DNA from: the human T2T-CHM13v2.0 reference genome, Homo sapiens
Direction: 5' to 3' (one strand)
Assembly: GCF_009914755.1 (NCBI RefSeq)
Contig: NC_060928.1
DNA length: 64,000 bases
The translations under genes were made by a program, and so were the position numbers. The notes below the pieces were generated by a model, which was not told where the DNA came from, did not search any database, and saw only the letters and a list, made by a program, of their open reading frames with translations. The first letter of the stretch is position 1, and the number at the start of each line of letters is the position of its first letter. Shown here in pieces: positions 13,289-25,423 of the stretch.

Positions 13289-15402
13289 CAGTACCTTCTT
13301 TCCCTCTGTAGCACTCCTCTGCTTCATATCTCTAATTAAAAATTAATATCCTAGAAGGAGAGTTAGATCTAAGATACCCTGATGTTATGTATAATGTCCT
13401 CTCTCTCTTTCCCTTTCAGTCATTTTTACTTCTGTGTTTCTCCTAACCATCTTAGTATTTTCACCAGTTAAAATTTAAATACATCAAAGCCCATGTTGAT
13501 TTTTTATTTAATAATAAAAAAGAACTAAAAATTCCTATGAAAATATTCTAGGACTGTTGGAAGTGTTTTTTTCTTCAATGTTGCTGAGAAACACAGTCTT
13601 TTAAATACTTTTTTCTCAGGAAATATTAAGCCTAGGATACAGAAAGTTCATCTTTTTATGTAAAATCAGAAGTAACTACATATTGAAATCATGTTTCTAA
13701 AGCCTAATTTTACTGTGAAGGCAGAGTTATTAGAAGCACTTTTTCCTGCAAGTAGAATTTAAAATGCATAAACATGAGATAGTTTGGACTTTATGGCACA
13801 GCAGCAACAAATATATAATTGAGTATTGGGGCTTATTTTTATTGCTCCACACATATCAATTATCTTTCATCCTAGTCTGTAGATAAAGTGGACAGGCAGT
13901 ATTTAAATTCAGGTCTTTAGATACTGTTGTATCACATGGGGAGTTGCAGACATGTCAAGTACATTGGAAAAATTAAAATCAGATCTGACTACATAAGAAT
14001 ATTCTGAATTAAAAATATTTTCAAATTCACTGAAGAATATATGGTCTTACTAGGAAAAGAAAAATTTTGCAGTTCTTCTCTTATGTACTAATATCATTTC
14101 AAGCTGAAATAATCAGAATATATATTGTAAAAATAGTTTTGAAATATTAAAGAAACTGACAGTGTGTAGAAGACTTGAAAACTACTTATGTGTAAGGAGA
14201 GTATCAAAGGTCTTTGAATCTTTTATTTTGAGAATATGAAGAAATAAGATGTGCATATTGCACTGGGCTAAAAATAGACTTCATCTCTCAAATGGGCTTC
14301 ATGGCTAAACCCATTAGGCACCGATCTGATCTGCTCAGTTCTTTTATGACATTGTCCCTAGTCACATATTTTCTTATTCAAAACTCATTGTAAATCTTAA
14401 ATTGAGAATGACATAAATCAGCTCACTCAGTATCCTGGTAACTAAAGCTGTAATTTTTGACTTCATAAACTCCTTATCCAAACATTGTAACATTAATCCT
14501 GACACATTTTGTCACAGATTTGCTGAATTTCCCTTGATTCTGCTTCCCATTTCTTTCCTCAAATACTCTGAAATAATTTTACCTTGTTCCCTCTTCCTTG
14601 GTTAGTTTTTATATTCTCATATTAAAAATCAATTTAATTAATGCTTTTTAAAATTTAGCCATATTTATGTTAAACTTTGTAAAATGAGCTCACAAAAATA
14701 CATGTCCTTAATATTTAAATGTGTATATGAATGACATGAAGTTATATTTTAGGTATACATATTCATATGCACATACATACATACACTGAAAACCTATTTC
14801 AAATCCTCTAAAATTAATGAAATTTCATATGGTGGTAGAGTTTAAATCTTTTCCTGTTCTTACATTGGGAATAATAGAAAGTAATATACAACAATTTATA
14901 TCAATACAAAATGAATGTCCTAAAACTAAAATGAGCTTCTAAAAATTGTGTCATAAAATTAAGTTTAAAGCATTCAAAAATGGCATATATTAAGCGATTC
15001 TGTATCTCTACTCCTTACAGTGAATTTGGTTTAAGAAATATAATTACTAGCACTAGCCTGTTTAAATATTATATACCACCTATTAAATATCTTTTATTTT
15101 CCCAGGACATTATATTTTGCAACATAAACAGGTATCCTCTATCCCCTGTAATCTTAGAGAAAAGATTATAGAAGATAGCTCTATCTCTATATATGCATAT
15201 ATATGTATATATAAACTAAATATATATAAAACCCATTATGTTTTATAAGGATAAGTCATGCAAGACACAAGTTACTGCTGTGCAGATACAGAAAAAGTTC
15301 ATAACAAAAACCTAAGTCAAAAATCAAATTAATAATATTAGTTTAATCATTTGGCAATGTATGCATATATCAAAATATCACATTGTATCCCACAAATATG
15401 TA

Positions 15403-16120
15403 TAATTGCCCTTTGAGCAACATAGATCTGAACTGCATGGGTCCACTTATACATGGATTTTCTTCTGCCTCTGCCAGCCTAGAGACAGCAAGATCAACCA
15501 TTCCTCTTCCTTCTCCTCCTGAGCCTATTCAGTCTGAAGACTATGAGAATGAAGACCTTTATGATGATCCACTTCCATTTAATGAATAGCAAATATACTT
15601 TCTCTTTCTTATAATTGTTTAATAACATATTTCCTCTCTCTTATTTTGTTATGAAAATACAGTATATTATGTATAATGTATTTATATATGTATGTACATA
15701 CGTAAGTATATATGCTGTATGTTATATACATATATATAAAATATATGTTAATCAATTGTTCATGTTATCAGTCGAGCTTCTGGTAAATAGCAGGCTACTC
15801 ATAGTTAAAAGGGGAGTCAAGGTTATTTGCAGATTTTAGTTGGGCTCAGTGGCTCACACCTGTAATCCCAGCACTTTGGGAGCTTGAGGAGGGAGGATCA
15901 CTTGAGGCCAGGAGTTCAAAAGAAATCTGGGCAATATAGCAAGACCCCAGTCTTCACAAAAAATAAAAAAAGAATTAGCCAGGGGTATTGGCACATGCTT
16001 GTATTCCTAGCTACTTGGAATGAAGCTGAGGTGGGAGGATTACTTGAGTTTTGGAGTTCAAAACTGCAGTGAGCCATGACCTCCACTGCACTCAGGCCTG
16101 AGCAATAGAGCAAGAGTCTG

Positions 16121-16159
<39 letters not shown>

Positions 16160-16226
16160 ACATGCAGGTTTTTGACTATGTAGAAGATTGGTGCCCCTAA
16201 TTCCTATATTGTTCAAGTGTCAACTG
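15403..16226 (+). mobile_element. Tigger2a (MER28) DNA transposon, interrupted by AluJ
   Basis: TIRs TAATTGCCCTTTGAGCAAC and GTTCAAGTGTCAACTG flanked by TA; internal GAAGACCTTTATGATGATCCACTTCC. Confidence 0.9.
15838..16156 (+). mobile_element. AluJ
   Basis: J diagnostics (GGAGGATCACTTGAGGCCAGG, GGCAATATAGCAAGACCCC, GTGGGAGGATTACTTGAG), long A tail, TSD AAGGTTATTTGCAGATTTT/AAAGTTACATGCAGGTTTT. Confidence 0.92.
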
Positions 16227-16604
16227 TAAAATTATTACTTGCCAACTAAAATTTTTTAAAAACAGACTTAGGGAGACTATCAACAAAATTTTTTAAAATA
16301 AATAAAAATGGCACACCATACCCACACACACAGAAAATGGATTTTTTTGATAAATGCCAATGTTGTTTTGCTATTTAGTGAAAGACGTTCACTTTAGATG
16401 GTGGTGCTAGGGTGTGGCTCAGGAAAGAATTATTTATGGGGTCTTTAAAGTGTGCTTTAGGAGAAGACATGGGAATTATTCTATACTCATATAGCTTCTG
16501 TTGAGGAGAAAAGTATACAGAAGTCAGCATTAAGCAGTTAATGAAAGTCATAAATAAAATTGAGCAGCACTTTCTCTTTCCAAGTATTATTCTAATTTAT
16601 TTTT

Positions 16605-16700
16605 ATCTCTATTTACCTATCATCAATCTTATCTATTATCTGTCTATTTATCTATCTATCTACCTATCTGTCTGTCTGTCTGCCTGTCTGACTGTCTATC
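16605..16700. repeat. (TCTA)n/(TCTG)n tetranucleotide repeat
   Basis: Read directly. Confidence 0.85.
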
Positions 16701-16749
16701 ATTTAATCTCACAGCTTATTTAGAAAAGTGTTCATATAGCTATCATTTA

Positions 16750-16850
16750 GTAGTTAAAGGTGATGAGGCACAGATAAGTTCTGCAACATACCTAAGTTTC
16801 TTGCAGAGCAAATGGAAAGCTAGAATTGGATTCATGATTCTAGATGAGAA
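16750..16850 (-). mobile_element. MIR fragment
   Basis: TGAGGCACAGATAAGTT...CCTAAGTT...GGAAAGCTAGAATTGGATTC, reversed MIR core. Confidence 0.5.
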
Positions 16851-17428
16851 TCTGAATTATTAACAATTATTGTTTAGACGATTATTAACCACTCAAACAC
16901 CACACACACACACACGCACAGAAGTACGGTATATTTGCATGCACGTTAATCTATTTGAAACTGCATCTGTTTCTTTTTATTTTTCTACCCCCCTTGTGAG
17001 ATTTATTTTGGATCTCTACATTGGTAATCATTTGTATGAAGTAGATGTCAACAACTTAGTTTTGCTATCACTCAGTCTATTTTCTGTTTCTCCTTAACAG
17101 TAACCATCTGTTACCTTTATTAAATATCATATGATTAGATGCTTGAAATTTTGGCTGCATAAAGTTTAAGCATATATTAGCCAGGAGAGTGTTGATTGCA
17201 AGTGATGGAAACTAACTTCAATCTAGTTTAGAAAATAAGGAGACTGTTTTGCATTACAGAGTCTGAGAAGGAGAAACACACAAAGGCAGAGAAACTACTG
17301 AGTTTTGGGAATAACTAGAGTGTTGGGAAGACAAGACAGCCTCTATCTTTGTCTGTCTCTCCCACTTCCTCTCCCCCTCCTTGTATCTGTATCTTTAAAG
17401 CCTGTCAATTTTGTTTCTCCACAGGGTT

Positions 17429-18088
17429 TGCTATGGTCTGAATATTTGTGTTCAAAATTCATTGTTGAAATCCTACCTTGCCAAGGTGATATCAGGATGT
17501 TACTTGGGAGGTGATTAGGTCATGAGAGGCAAGACTCTATAAACGGGATTCTTTTTTTTTTTTTTTTTTTTTTCTCACAGAGTCTCACTCTGTCTTCCTG
17601 GCTGAAGTGCAGTGGCATGATCTTGGCCCACTGCAACCTCTGTCTCCTAGGTTCAAAGTGATTCAAGCGATTCTCCTGCCTCAACCTCCAGAATAGCCAG
17701 GACTACAGGTGCGTGACACAACACCTGGCTAATTTTTGTATTTTTTTTTTTAGTAGAGACAGGGTTTCACCATGTTGGCCAGGATGGTCTCAAACTCCTG
17801 ACCTCAAGTGATGCACCTGCCTGGGCCTTCAAAAGTGCTGGGATCACAGGCGTGAGCCCTGGCGCCCAGCCCATGAATGGGATTCTTAAGAAATCCCAGA
17901 GAGTTAACAAGCGTCTTCTACCATGTGAGGACACATTGAAAAGGCACCTTCCTGTGAACCAAGAAATAGCCTCTCACCAGACACAGAATCTGCCATTTCC
18001 TTGATCTTAGACTTCTCTGAAACTGTTAGGAATAAATTTCTGGGTAGTTTATAATATTTTGTTATAACAACCCAAACGGACTAAGAGT
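17429..18088 (+). mobile_element. MLT1A0-like MaLR solo LTR, interrupted by an Alu
   Basis: TGCTATGGTCTGAATATTTGTG...CCATGTGAGGACAC...CTCACCAGACACAGAATCTGCC...AATAAA...CCCAAACGGACTAAGA. Confidence 0.85.
17552..17871 (-). mobile_element. AluS (Sx-like)
   Basis: Poly-T then reverse Alu dimer; TSD ATAAACGGGATTCTT/ATGAATGGGATTCTT. Confidence 0.95.
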
Positions 18089-19109
18089 TTTTCCACATAA
18101 TGGGAAAAATAGGCACAGACACTCTAAGAACGTCATATCCCATGCTTTCTGCCATCAGATGATTTAGTTTTTGGTCCCAGCTCCCAATTTTACAACCCCA
18201 GAAAAGAATAATAATTGGTTCTTGATAACTAGCCCCCTCAGTGCCAGTGACCTATGGCCAAAGAGTAGATTATTTAATGTTTCCATTTCCACTGGAGCAG
18301 TTTGAATTTTAAAAAAAGGAGCAGCTCCCAAATGAAGGAGGAAGGAAGACAAGAGAAGGAATGTTATGCTAGTCAGACAGAATTAAATAAATAAAATAAA
18401 TATAATTGATGAACTACAAAGCAATAAATGAAAGAACACTAGATAAATGTTTATTCTTTGTTTGTTTAAAAAGAGCAGGCCAGTGGATTTCTATGTTAAT
18501 CAAGATAATAAATCACTACCATTATAGACCTTTTACAACAACTTAGAGATACCCTTTGTTAATTTTAATAAACAGATTATCTTGGTAGTCTAATTGCTAA
18601 TAATTTTATTCTACATTTATAATATATATTAGCATTATACAAGTTGTTCTAATACTTATGAAGACTCATGTTGTATAAAATAAATCAATGCTGGATACAG
18701 GAGTGATGAGAACATGATTTCACTATTTTTCACAGAAATCTCCCCACTCAGGACAGAAGTAGATGATGTTGAACTTCCTGTGCTTTTTTCTCTATCCATT
18801 GCTATGTCGAGAAGATTATGGATTTCCTAGGCAAGACCTTTAACATTTTGTACAGGTTTCTATTTTCTTTTCACTTAATTGGTTGAGGATAACATAAGAT
18901 GTTAAACTGAAATTACAATTAAAATAAATGTATGAATGAAAGTACTAATCATCTAGCTTTCTTCCACTAGCACGCACACAAAAAAGTAGAATATTCTAAA
19001 ACATTTGTTTTGTCTGAAGGTCAAGTTTTGATAATTTCAGGAAATTCAGGAGTAAGTGTCAGAGATAATCACACACACACATGCAAATTGATTGGACAGT
19101 ATTAGCTTT

Positions 19110-20470
19110 AATTAATGAAAGACAGGATAGATATGAAAAATATATTTTAAAGTATGGGAAATAACAAATAGACAGAGGAAATACCCGAATATAATGGTAT
19201 TTGCATTTTATGTATATATAAGTGGGTTAGACTCTCTTATCAAAAAATAGATTCACAGATTAAAAGAAAGCTTTTAAAACAGACCCAGTAACATGTACTA
19301 TAAAAGAAATATATAATGGTGAAAAGGGGTGAAAATAAAAAAACAGAAAAATACACCCAAGGCAATTATGAGTCACAAGACAATGTTGGTACAATGTTTA
19401 CATATTTTCAAATAAAATTTAAGGCAAAACATTACAGAGTATAAAAATATTATATAATAATAAAATATAAATCTTAATGGAATGTCATCATAATTATATG
19501 CAAATAAATGTTGGGTTATGTTTATATGCAAATAGAACTTCAAACAATAAATAAAGCAACAACTTACAGGACCAAAGAGAGAAATAGGTAAATCAACATT
19601 TTTATTTAGATTTTAAAATTGCATTTTTGTCAGAAGCTGAAATATGCAGAAAAAATATTAAATAAAATTATTCTAGATTTAATATCACAATTAATGTCCT
19701 CATTGCATGCATATACTTTATGTGTGTGTATGTATGTACATTTTACACTTGATTACCAGTACACATGGAGCATTAGTAAAAATTGATATTAGTCTTAATA
19801 AACTTAATAAACTTTAACATTTTAAAACAACACAGAACTCGTATTCCAAATAAACTTAAAATCGAAAAGAATAACTAGAAAAAAACTACGTACTTTGAAA
19901 ACTAATCAATAAACTCTGTATTAAATAATAAATCAGGAGGATAATTATAAAATAGAAATGTATTATAATGAAAATACTCAAACCTAAATGCATGGAATAG
20001 AGCTGAAAATATTTAAAAATATATTTGTACCTTTTTTTGAAGAAATAACAAAATAACTGAACACAAATGAATATTTAAGTCGAGAAGACAAGAAAAGTGC
20101 AAAAAAGAAAGCCAGAAGAGTAAAGGAAGGAAATAATAAAAATAAACAGAAATTAATTAAATATACATTTTTAAAGAAGCCAAAAAGGCAAATCTTTGAA
20201 AATATCAACTACAGAAAATCTTATTCTCTGGAAAAGAATCAAATATAAGAAGTGAGAAGATGAAAATGAAGTAAAACTAAAATAAGAATATAATTCAGAC
20301 AATTAAGATTAAGTATATTATGAACTATATATTAATATTACATATCAGTGAATTTTGAATCATAGATGAAAGGATTATTGGAATCATTGTAAAATGCTAA
20401 ATTTGAAGAAGTGAAAATGAGTAGACCAATATTCTTAAATTAACTGAAATGGTAGAAAAAAACAGAAAAT
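19110..20470 (+). mobile_element. Ancient L1M ORF2 (endonuclease/linker) fragment
   Basis: Very A-rich; decayed ORF2 landmarks (CAGACCCAGTAACATG, AAAATTTAAGGCAAAA, TACACATGGAGCATTAGTAAAAATTGA, CTTTGAAAATATCAAC). Confidence 0.65.
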
Positions 20471-20730
20471 AGCATGAAGAAATTTATGTTTTATAAGGAT
20501 GCACACATTTAAGACCTTATATTTGATGTATACGTATATCATATGAGAGTGGGCGCTATGGAGAGAGAAAATAGTAGTAAAGAGTAAAAATCGGGGAGAA
20601 AAAATACAATACAATGCAAAGAGAAATATAATGATACAGATTCTTAGATAAACTGATGACAACAATGTCCCATTTACTGGAGAGTAAAATAAAATAAGAA
20701 ATAAATATTGTATCAATGACAGTATGTTTT

Positions 20731-20754
20731 TTTTTTTTTGAGACAGAGTCTCTC
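20731..20754 (-). mobile_element. Extremely 5'-truncated Alu (last ~15 nt plus poly-A)
   Basis: Minus strand GAGAGACTCTGTCTC(A)n between 18-bp repeats TCAATGACAGTAYGTTTT at 20713-20730 and 20755-20772. Confidence 0.85.
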
Positions 20755-22061
20755 TCAATGACAGTACGTTTTACACAGCTTTATGTAACAAACAAACTAA
20801 GTTAACACCCACAACTTTTACCATCCCTATAAAAAATATTCCAGGGACAGCAACTATAGATTCATTAACTGCTTACACTTATTGCAATTTTAAATGCAAT
20901 ATAAAGTATCATACCTGAATAAACAAGTAAATGCCAAAAGTATCATAATATTATTGGTTATTGTGACAGAGTAAATTTTACATCTGCCTTACTCTGGAAA
21001 CTTTTTAGTTTGATCAGTTTTAGTTATGAAACCTTTATATAATGACTCATAAATAATTTATAAGTTATCTCTATTCTGGGAAAATAGTGCAAAGAAAAAT
21101 GTCTGTATTTATTTGGCTGTTTGCAGTATAAACAAGGACTAAAACTAAGGAGTGAGATGCCCCAGGTTTTCTGCATGTAGGTGTTCAAGGTTAGATCAAA
21201 TGTGTTTTCTGACTTCCCCTTTCTCTACTTTGTTATAAACTCACATAGCTAGAAATCAGTTTCTGTCACCTAAAATATAAGGTCTGTATTTATGCATCAT
21301 GTTCCATAAACATAAGGCAAATAGTCCCAATAAAACAAACTATTATTGTAAAGGAGGGAATGTAAATATTCTACTGTTGTCTACTTCTCTAGAAGCATTG
21401 GAACAAACCTCTTAAAACTAATTCAATAACTGAGTTTTCATTGAATTTAATTAAAGGCATTCTATATTGATTTTAAAAGCAAGATTTCTGATCCACCAAG
21501 ATGGTTTGTTGTTATCTTATCAAACCATCTACACTCATATATTTGCCAAATCATAGCACGATAAAAGCTCTTACCCATCCTAAATGATGAAGTGTTGCAA
21601 TAACTTTGTAAATGAAGGTACTCTAGTCAATAAGCACCTTGTGATTGATTGTTATAAGATTAATTATTATTTCTAAACCATTCATACTCAGTTCTAAACC
21701 CCTCATACATCACGTTAGACTATATATAAAATTACAAGTCCTATTTTTATCAAATTGAATCAACAAATCCTACTCAAGCTTTCTTGGTAATGCCTGATTT
21801 AATGCTTTCATTAAGAGTTATTTTAGAAACTTTCTCATTTGTTTACTTTTTTTGTAATTTACTTCCAGAGGAGGGAATTTGCTTGACATATTTCCAATGT
21901 TGTTACAACAAGGTACATAAATCAAAAATAATACAAAAAATAATAATCCTGCCAAAAAATTGGTACAATTTTCTTTCTACAGAGCCAAATAGTCAGAATG
22001 CTACATTCCTAGATCATAACACTCTGTAAATCTCTACCAAGTACATCCCTAAAGCACAACA

Positions 22062-22146
22062 GACACATATACAGCACTACACATATACAACCCACACACA
22101 TATACAACCCATACAACACACATACAACCCAGACAACCACATACAG
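22062..22146. repeat. Degenerate (CACATATACAACC)-type simple repeat
   Basis: Read directly. Confidence 0.7.
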
Positions 22147-22148
22147 CC

Positions 22149-22547
22149 TGAAATGGTTTGATGTTGTGTTTTCTCTAAAATTTATATTAAAATTTAATCC
22201 CCAATGCAACAGTTGTAAGAGGCGGAGCCTTTAGAAGGTGAGCAGGCCATGAAGGCTCTGCCCTCATGAATGGGATCTGTCCCTTATAAAAGGGCTGGAG
22301 AGAATGAGGTAGGCCCTTTTTGCCCTTTTGCCTTTCTGCCCATTCCGCCATATGAGGATAAGGCATTCATCTTCTCCAGATGGTGCACCATTTGGAAGCA
22401 GAGATTAAGCCTTCATCAGACACTAAACTTGACACTCTCTTCATCTTGAACTTCCCAACCTTCAGAACTGTGATAAACAAATTTCTATTGTTTACAAATT
22501 ACCTAGCCTGTAGTATTCTGTAATAGTAGCCCAACAAGACTAAGACA
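22149..22547 (+). mobile_element. MaLR solo LTR (MSTD/MSTC-like)
   Basis: TGAAATGGTTTG...GCCCTCATGAATGGGAT...TTATAAAAGGGCTGG...CTTGAACTTCCCAACCTTCAGAACTGTGA...GACTAAGACA. Confidence 0.85.
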
Positions 22548-22849
22548 TTGCTCATTTCTTCCACAGAGTCATCTGTTCTCAAGCCATTTCCCTTGCCTGG
22601 CATATTTTTCCCCTTCTTGCTTGTTTTGATTTAATGATTTTGTTAACAAGCCAAAAAAAAAAAAAAAAAAAAAAGAAAAGAGAGAGAGAAAATAGAAAAT
22701 GACTGACTGAATGAAATGGAACAGGAGTTTTTAACCTGAACTCATATAAAATGCATCCTTCTATTCCCTAGGCTAAAGTAGTTGTTTAATCTTTTATGTA
22801 TTCATGGTAGGTAGAAAACTGAGGATGGGGCCACAAACTGAGGATGGGG

Positions 22850-23015
22850 CCTACAGAGGCTGAGAAAGGCAAGGAAACAGTCTTTCTGAAGCCTGCAGTT
22901 CTGTTGTCAACTTGATTTTAGAACTTCTGACCTCCAGAACTGTAAGGTAGTAAACCTGTATTGTTCAAAGCCACAATATTTCTGGTAAGTTATTATACCA
23001 GCAATAGGCAGGAAA
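22850..23015 (+). mobile_element. MLT1 (B/C/D-like) LTR 3' fragment
   Basis: GAGAAAGGCAAGGAAACAG...GAACTTCTGACCTCCAGAACTGTAAG...AAGCCAC...CAGCAATAGG. Confidence 0.7.
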
Positions 23016-23117
23016 GTAAAACAGTATCCATGAACTCCTTTTACATTCTTCAGAAATATGTCTGCTTATTTCCCTTCACCATAAGATTTTCAAGAGCATC
23101 AGTCTTCCTACACCTGT

Positions 23118-23473
23118 TGATATGGTTTTGTTGTGTCCCCACCCAAATCTCATCTTGAGTTGTAATAATCCCCATGTATCAAGAGTGGGGCCAATTGGAG
23201 ATAACTGAAACATGGGGACAATTTCCCCCATACTGTTTTCATGATAGTGAATAAGTCTCACAAGATCTGATGGTTTTATAAATGGGAGTTCCCCTGCACA
23301 AGCCCTCTTGCCTGCTGCCATGTAAGATGTGCCTTTGCTTCTCCTTTGCCTTCCACCATGATTATGAGGCCTCCTCAGCCATGTGGAAGTGTGAGTCCAT
23401 TAAACCTCTTTCCTTTATAAATTACCCAGTCTTGGGTATGTCTTTATTAGCAGCGTGAGAACAGATTAATACA
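23118..23473 (+). mobile_element. THE1 (THE1B-like) solo LTR
   Basis: TGATATGGTTT...CCCACCCAAATCTCATCTTG...ATTAAACCTCTTTCC...GATTAATACA; perfect 5-bp TSD CCTGT at 23113-23117 and 23474-23478. Confidence 0.95.
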
Positions 23474-23743
23474 CCTGTAAATTAGAATTTCAGTGTGGAT
23501 CAAGCTTTCCTCAAAAAGAGATTTTACAATGTAAGCTAGATCTTGTTTCCACCTACTTATTATTTGTTTTAAATTTTACTCTGTCTTTGCAGATATAGCA
23601 TGTAAATTTATATTAATTTCTAATGTATATTCTAGAATTATTTTGGAACTATCAAAGCTATTATAAACAAATGAATTTCTTAACTAGAAAACAGAATAAC
23701 ACATGGTCCAGCTCAACAAAGTCACATGCAAAAAACAGATGTG

Positions 23744-24098
<355 letters not shown>

Positions 24099-24254
24099 TT
24101 AATTAGGAAGGTAATCCTGGCAACATCATATAGACACCTTTATATTACAAACTTACAGAGTTTATTCATAAACACTAATCTGGTCCTTGCATGTTCCCCC
24201 TCAGGATAGCTGCTAAAATTTCACCAAACCTTTTCTTTTTTTTAAATGATATCT

Positions 24255-24526
24255 CTTTAAAATTATTTTAAATTGATCTGTAATATATATACATATTTTC
24301 AGGGTACATGAGATTTGATACACTCATATAATCAAATGAAGGTAAATGGAATATCCAACACCTTAAATATCTATATTTTATTGATGTTAGGAACACTTGA
24401 ATTTTGCTCTTCTGGCTATTTTGAAATGTTAACTATAGTCACCCTACTGCTCTATCTAACACCAGGACTTATTCCTTCCACCTAATGCATATTGGTACCC
24501 ATTCATCAACCTCTCTTTATCTGCTC
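24255..24526 (-). mobile_element. L1MA 3'UTR fragment
   Basis: TACATATTTTCAGGGTACATG...CTATTTTGAAAT...TTAACTATAGTCACCCTACTG...GTACCCATTCATCAACCTCTC. Confidence 0.8.
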
Positions 24527-24873
24527 TGATATGGTTTGGCTCTACGTCCCCACCCAAATCTCATATTGAATTGTAATTCCAATGTGCTGGGGGAGTGACC
24601 TGGTGGGAGGTGACTGAGTCCTGGGGGCAAGACTTCTCCCTTGTTATTCTCATGATAGAGCTCTCAGGAGATCTGGCTGTTTGATAAATGTGTGGTGCTT
24701 TCCCCCGCTTTCCCCTCGCCTCTCCTGCCACCTTGTGAAGGAGGTGCTTGCTTCTCCTTCCACCATGATTGTAAGTTTCCTGAGGACTTCCCAGCCATGC
24801 AGAACTGTGAGTCAATTAAACATATTTTCTTTGAAAATTACCCAGTCTCAGGTAGTTCTTTACAGCAGTGAAT
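24527..24873 (+). mobile_element. MSTA/THE1D-type MaLR LTR with its 3' terminus missing
   Basis: TGATATGGTTTGGCTCT...CCATGATTGTAAGTTTCCTGAGG...TTACCCAGTCTCAGGTAGTTCTTTACAGCAGTG; final ...CTAATACA absent. Confidence 0.88.
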
Positions 24874-25423
24874 CTACTCTCTGTCTTCACCCAATGTTTT
24901 CTACTCACTTGACTTTCTTTACTTACTCTCATCCCAGTTCCAGCCTGTCTCCAGACCCAAAGAGAGTTCATCACCCCTTGACTGAATAGAGCCTCTGGAC
25001 TTCAGCTTCCAGTGGTTAGCAGCACCACCTCACTCCAGGATAGCTGCAGGACCAGGCAGCTCTGTGCTCCCTTCTGTGTTTTATCTGATGGCATTTAAAA
25101 ATTACATAAGATAATAACAGAGAATAATATCCTCACCCCATTAATGTGTCACACAACAATATTTTGGTCAACAACAGACCACATATACACTGTGGTCCCA
25201 TAAGATTATAATGGATCTGAAAAAATTCCTGTTGCTTAGTGATGTCTTAATGACCCTGTGTAGGCCGAGGCTAACAAGTGTGTTTTGGTCTTACTTTTTA
25301 ACAAAAAAAATGTTAACGGCAAAAAACAATCAAAATAAAAAATAAATAAATAAATAGAAAAAAACTTCTAGAATAAAGATATACAGAAGGAAAATATTTT
25401 TGTGTACAACGTCTTTGTGCTTT

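Larger units (their letters stand above)
15335..16260 (+). mobile_element. L1M 3' terminal fragment (15335-15402 and 16227-16260) interrupted by Tigger2a
   Basis: CAATGTATGCATATATCAAAATATCACATTGTATCCCACAAATATGTA then TAAAATTATTACTTGCCAACTAAAA rejoin as an L1MA 3' end. Confidence 0.7.
17173..18330 (-). mobile_element. Old ERVL LTR (LTR33-like) split by MLT1A0
   Basis: TATATTAGCCAGG...TGATTGCAAGTGATGGAAACTAACTTCAATCTAGTTTA on the left; continues after 18088 (CCACATAATGGGAAAAATAGGC...). Confidence 0.5.

Noticed and set aside
22816-22853. 19-bp tandem duplication AAACTGAGGATGGGGCC
   Set aside because: Simple slippage duplication at a repeat junction, with no functional evidence
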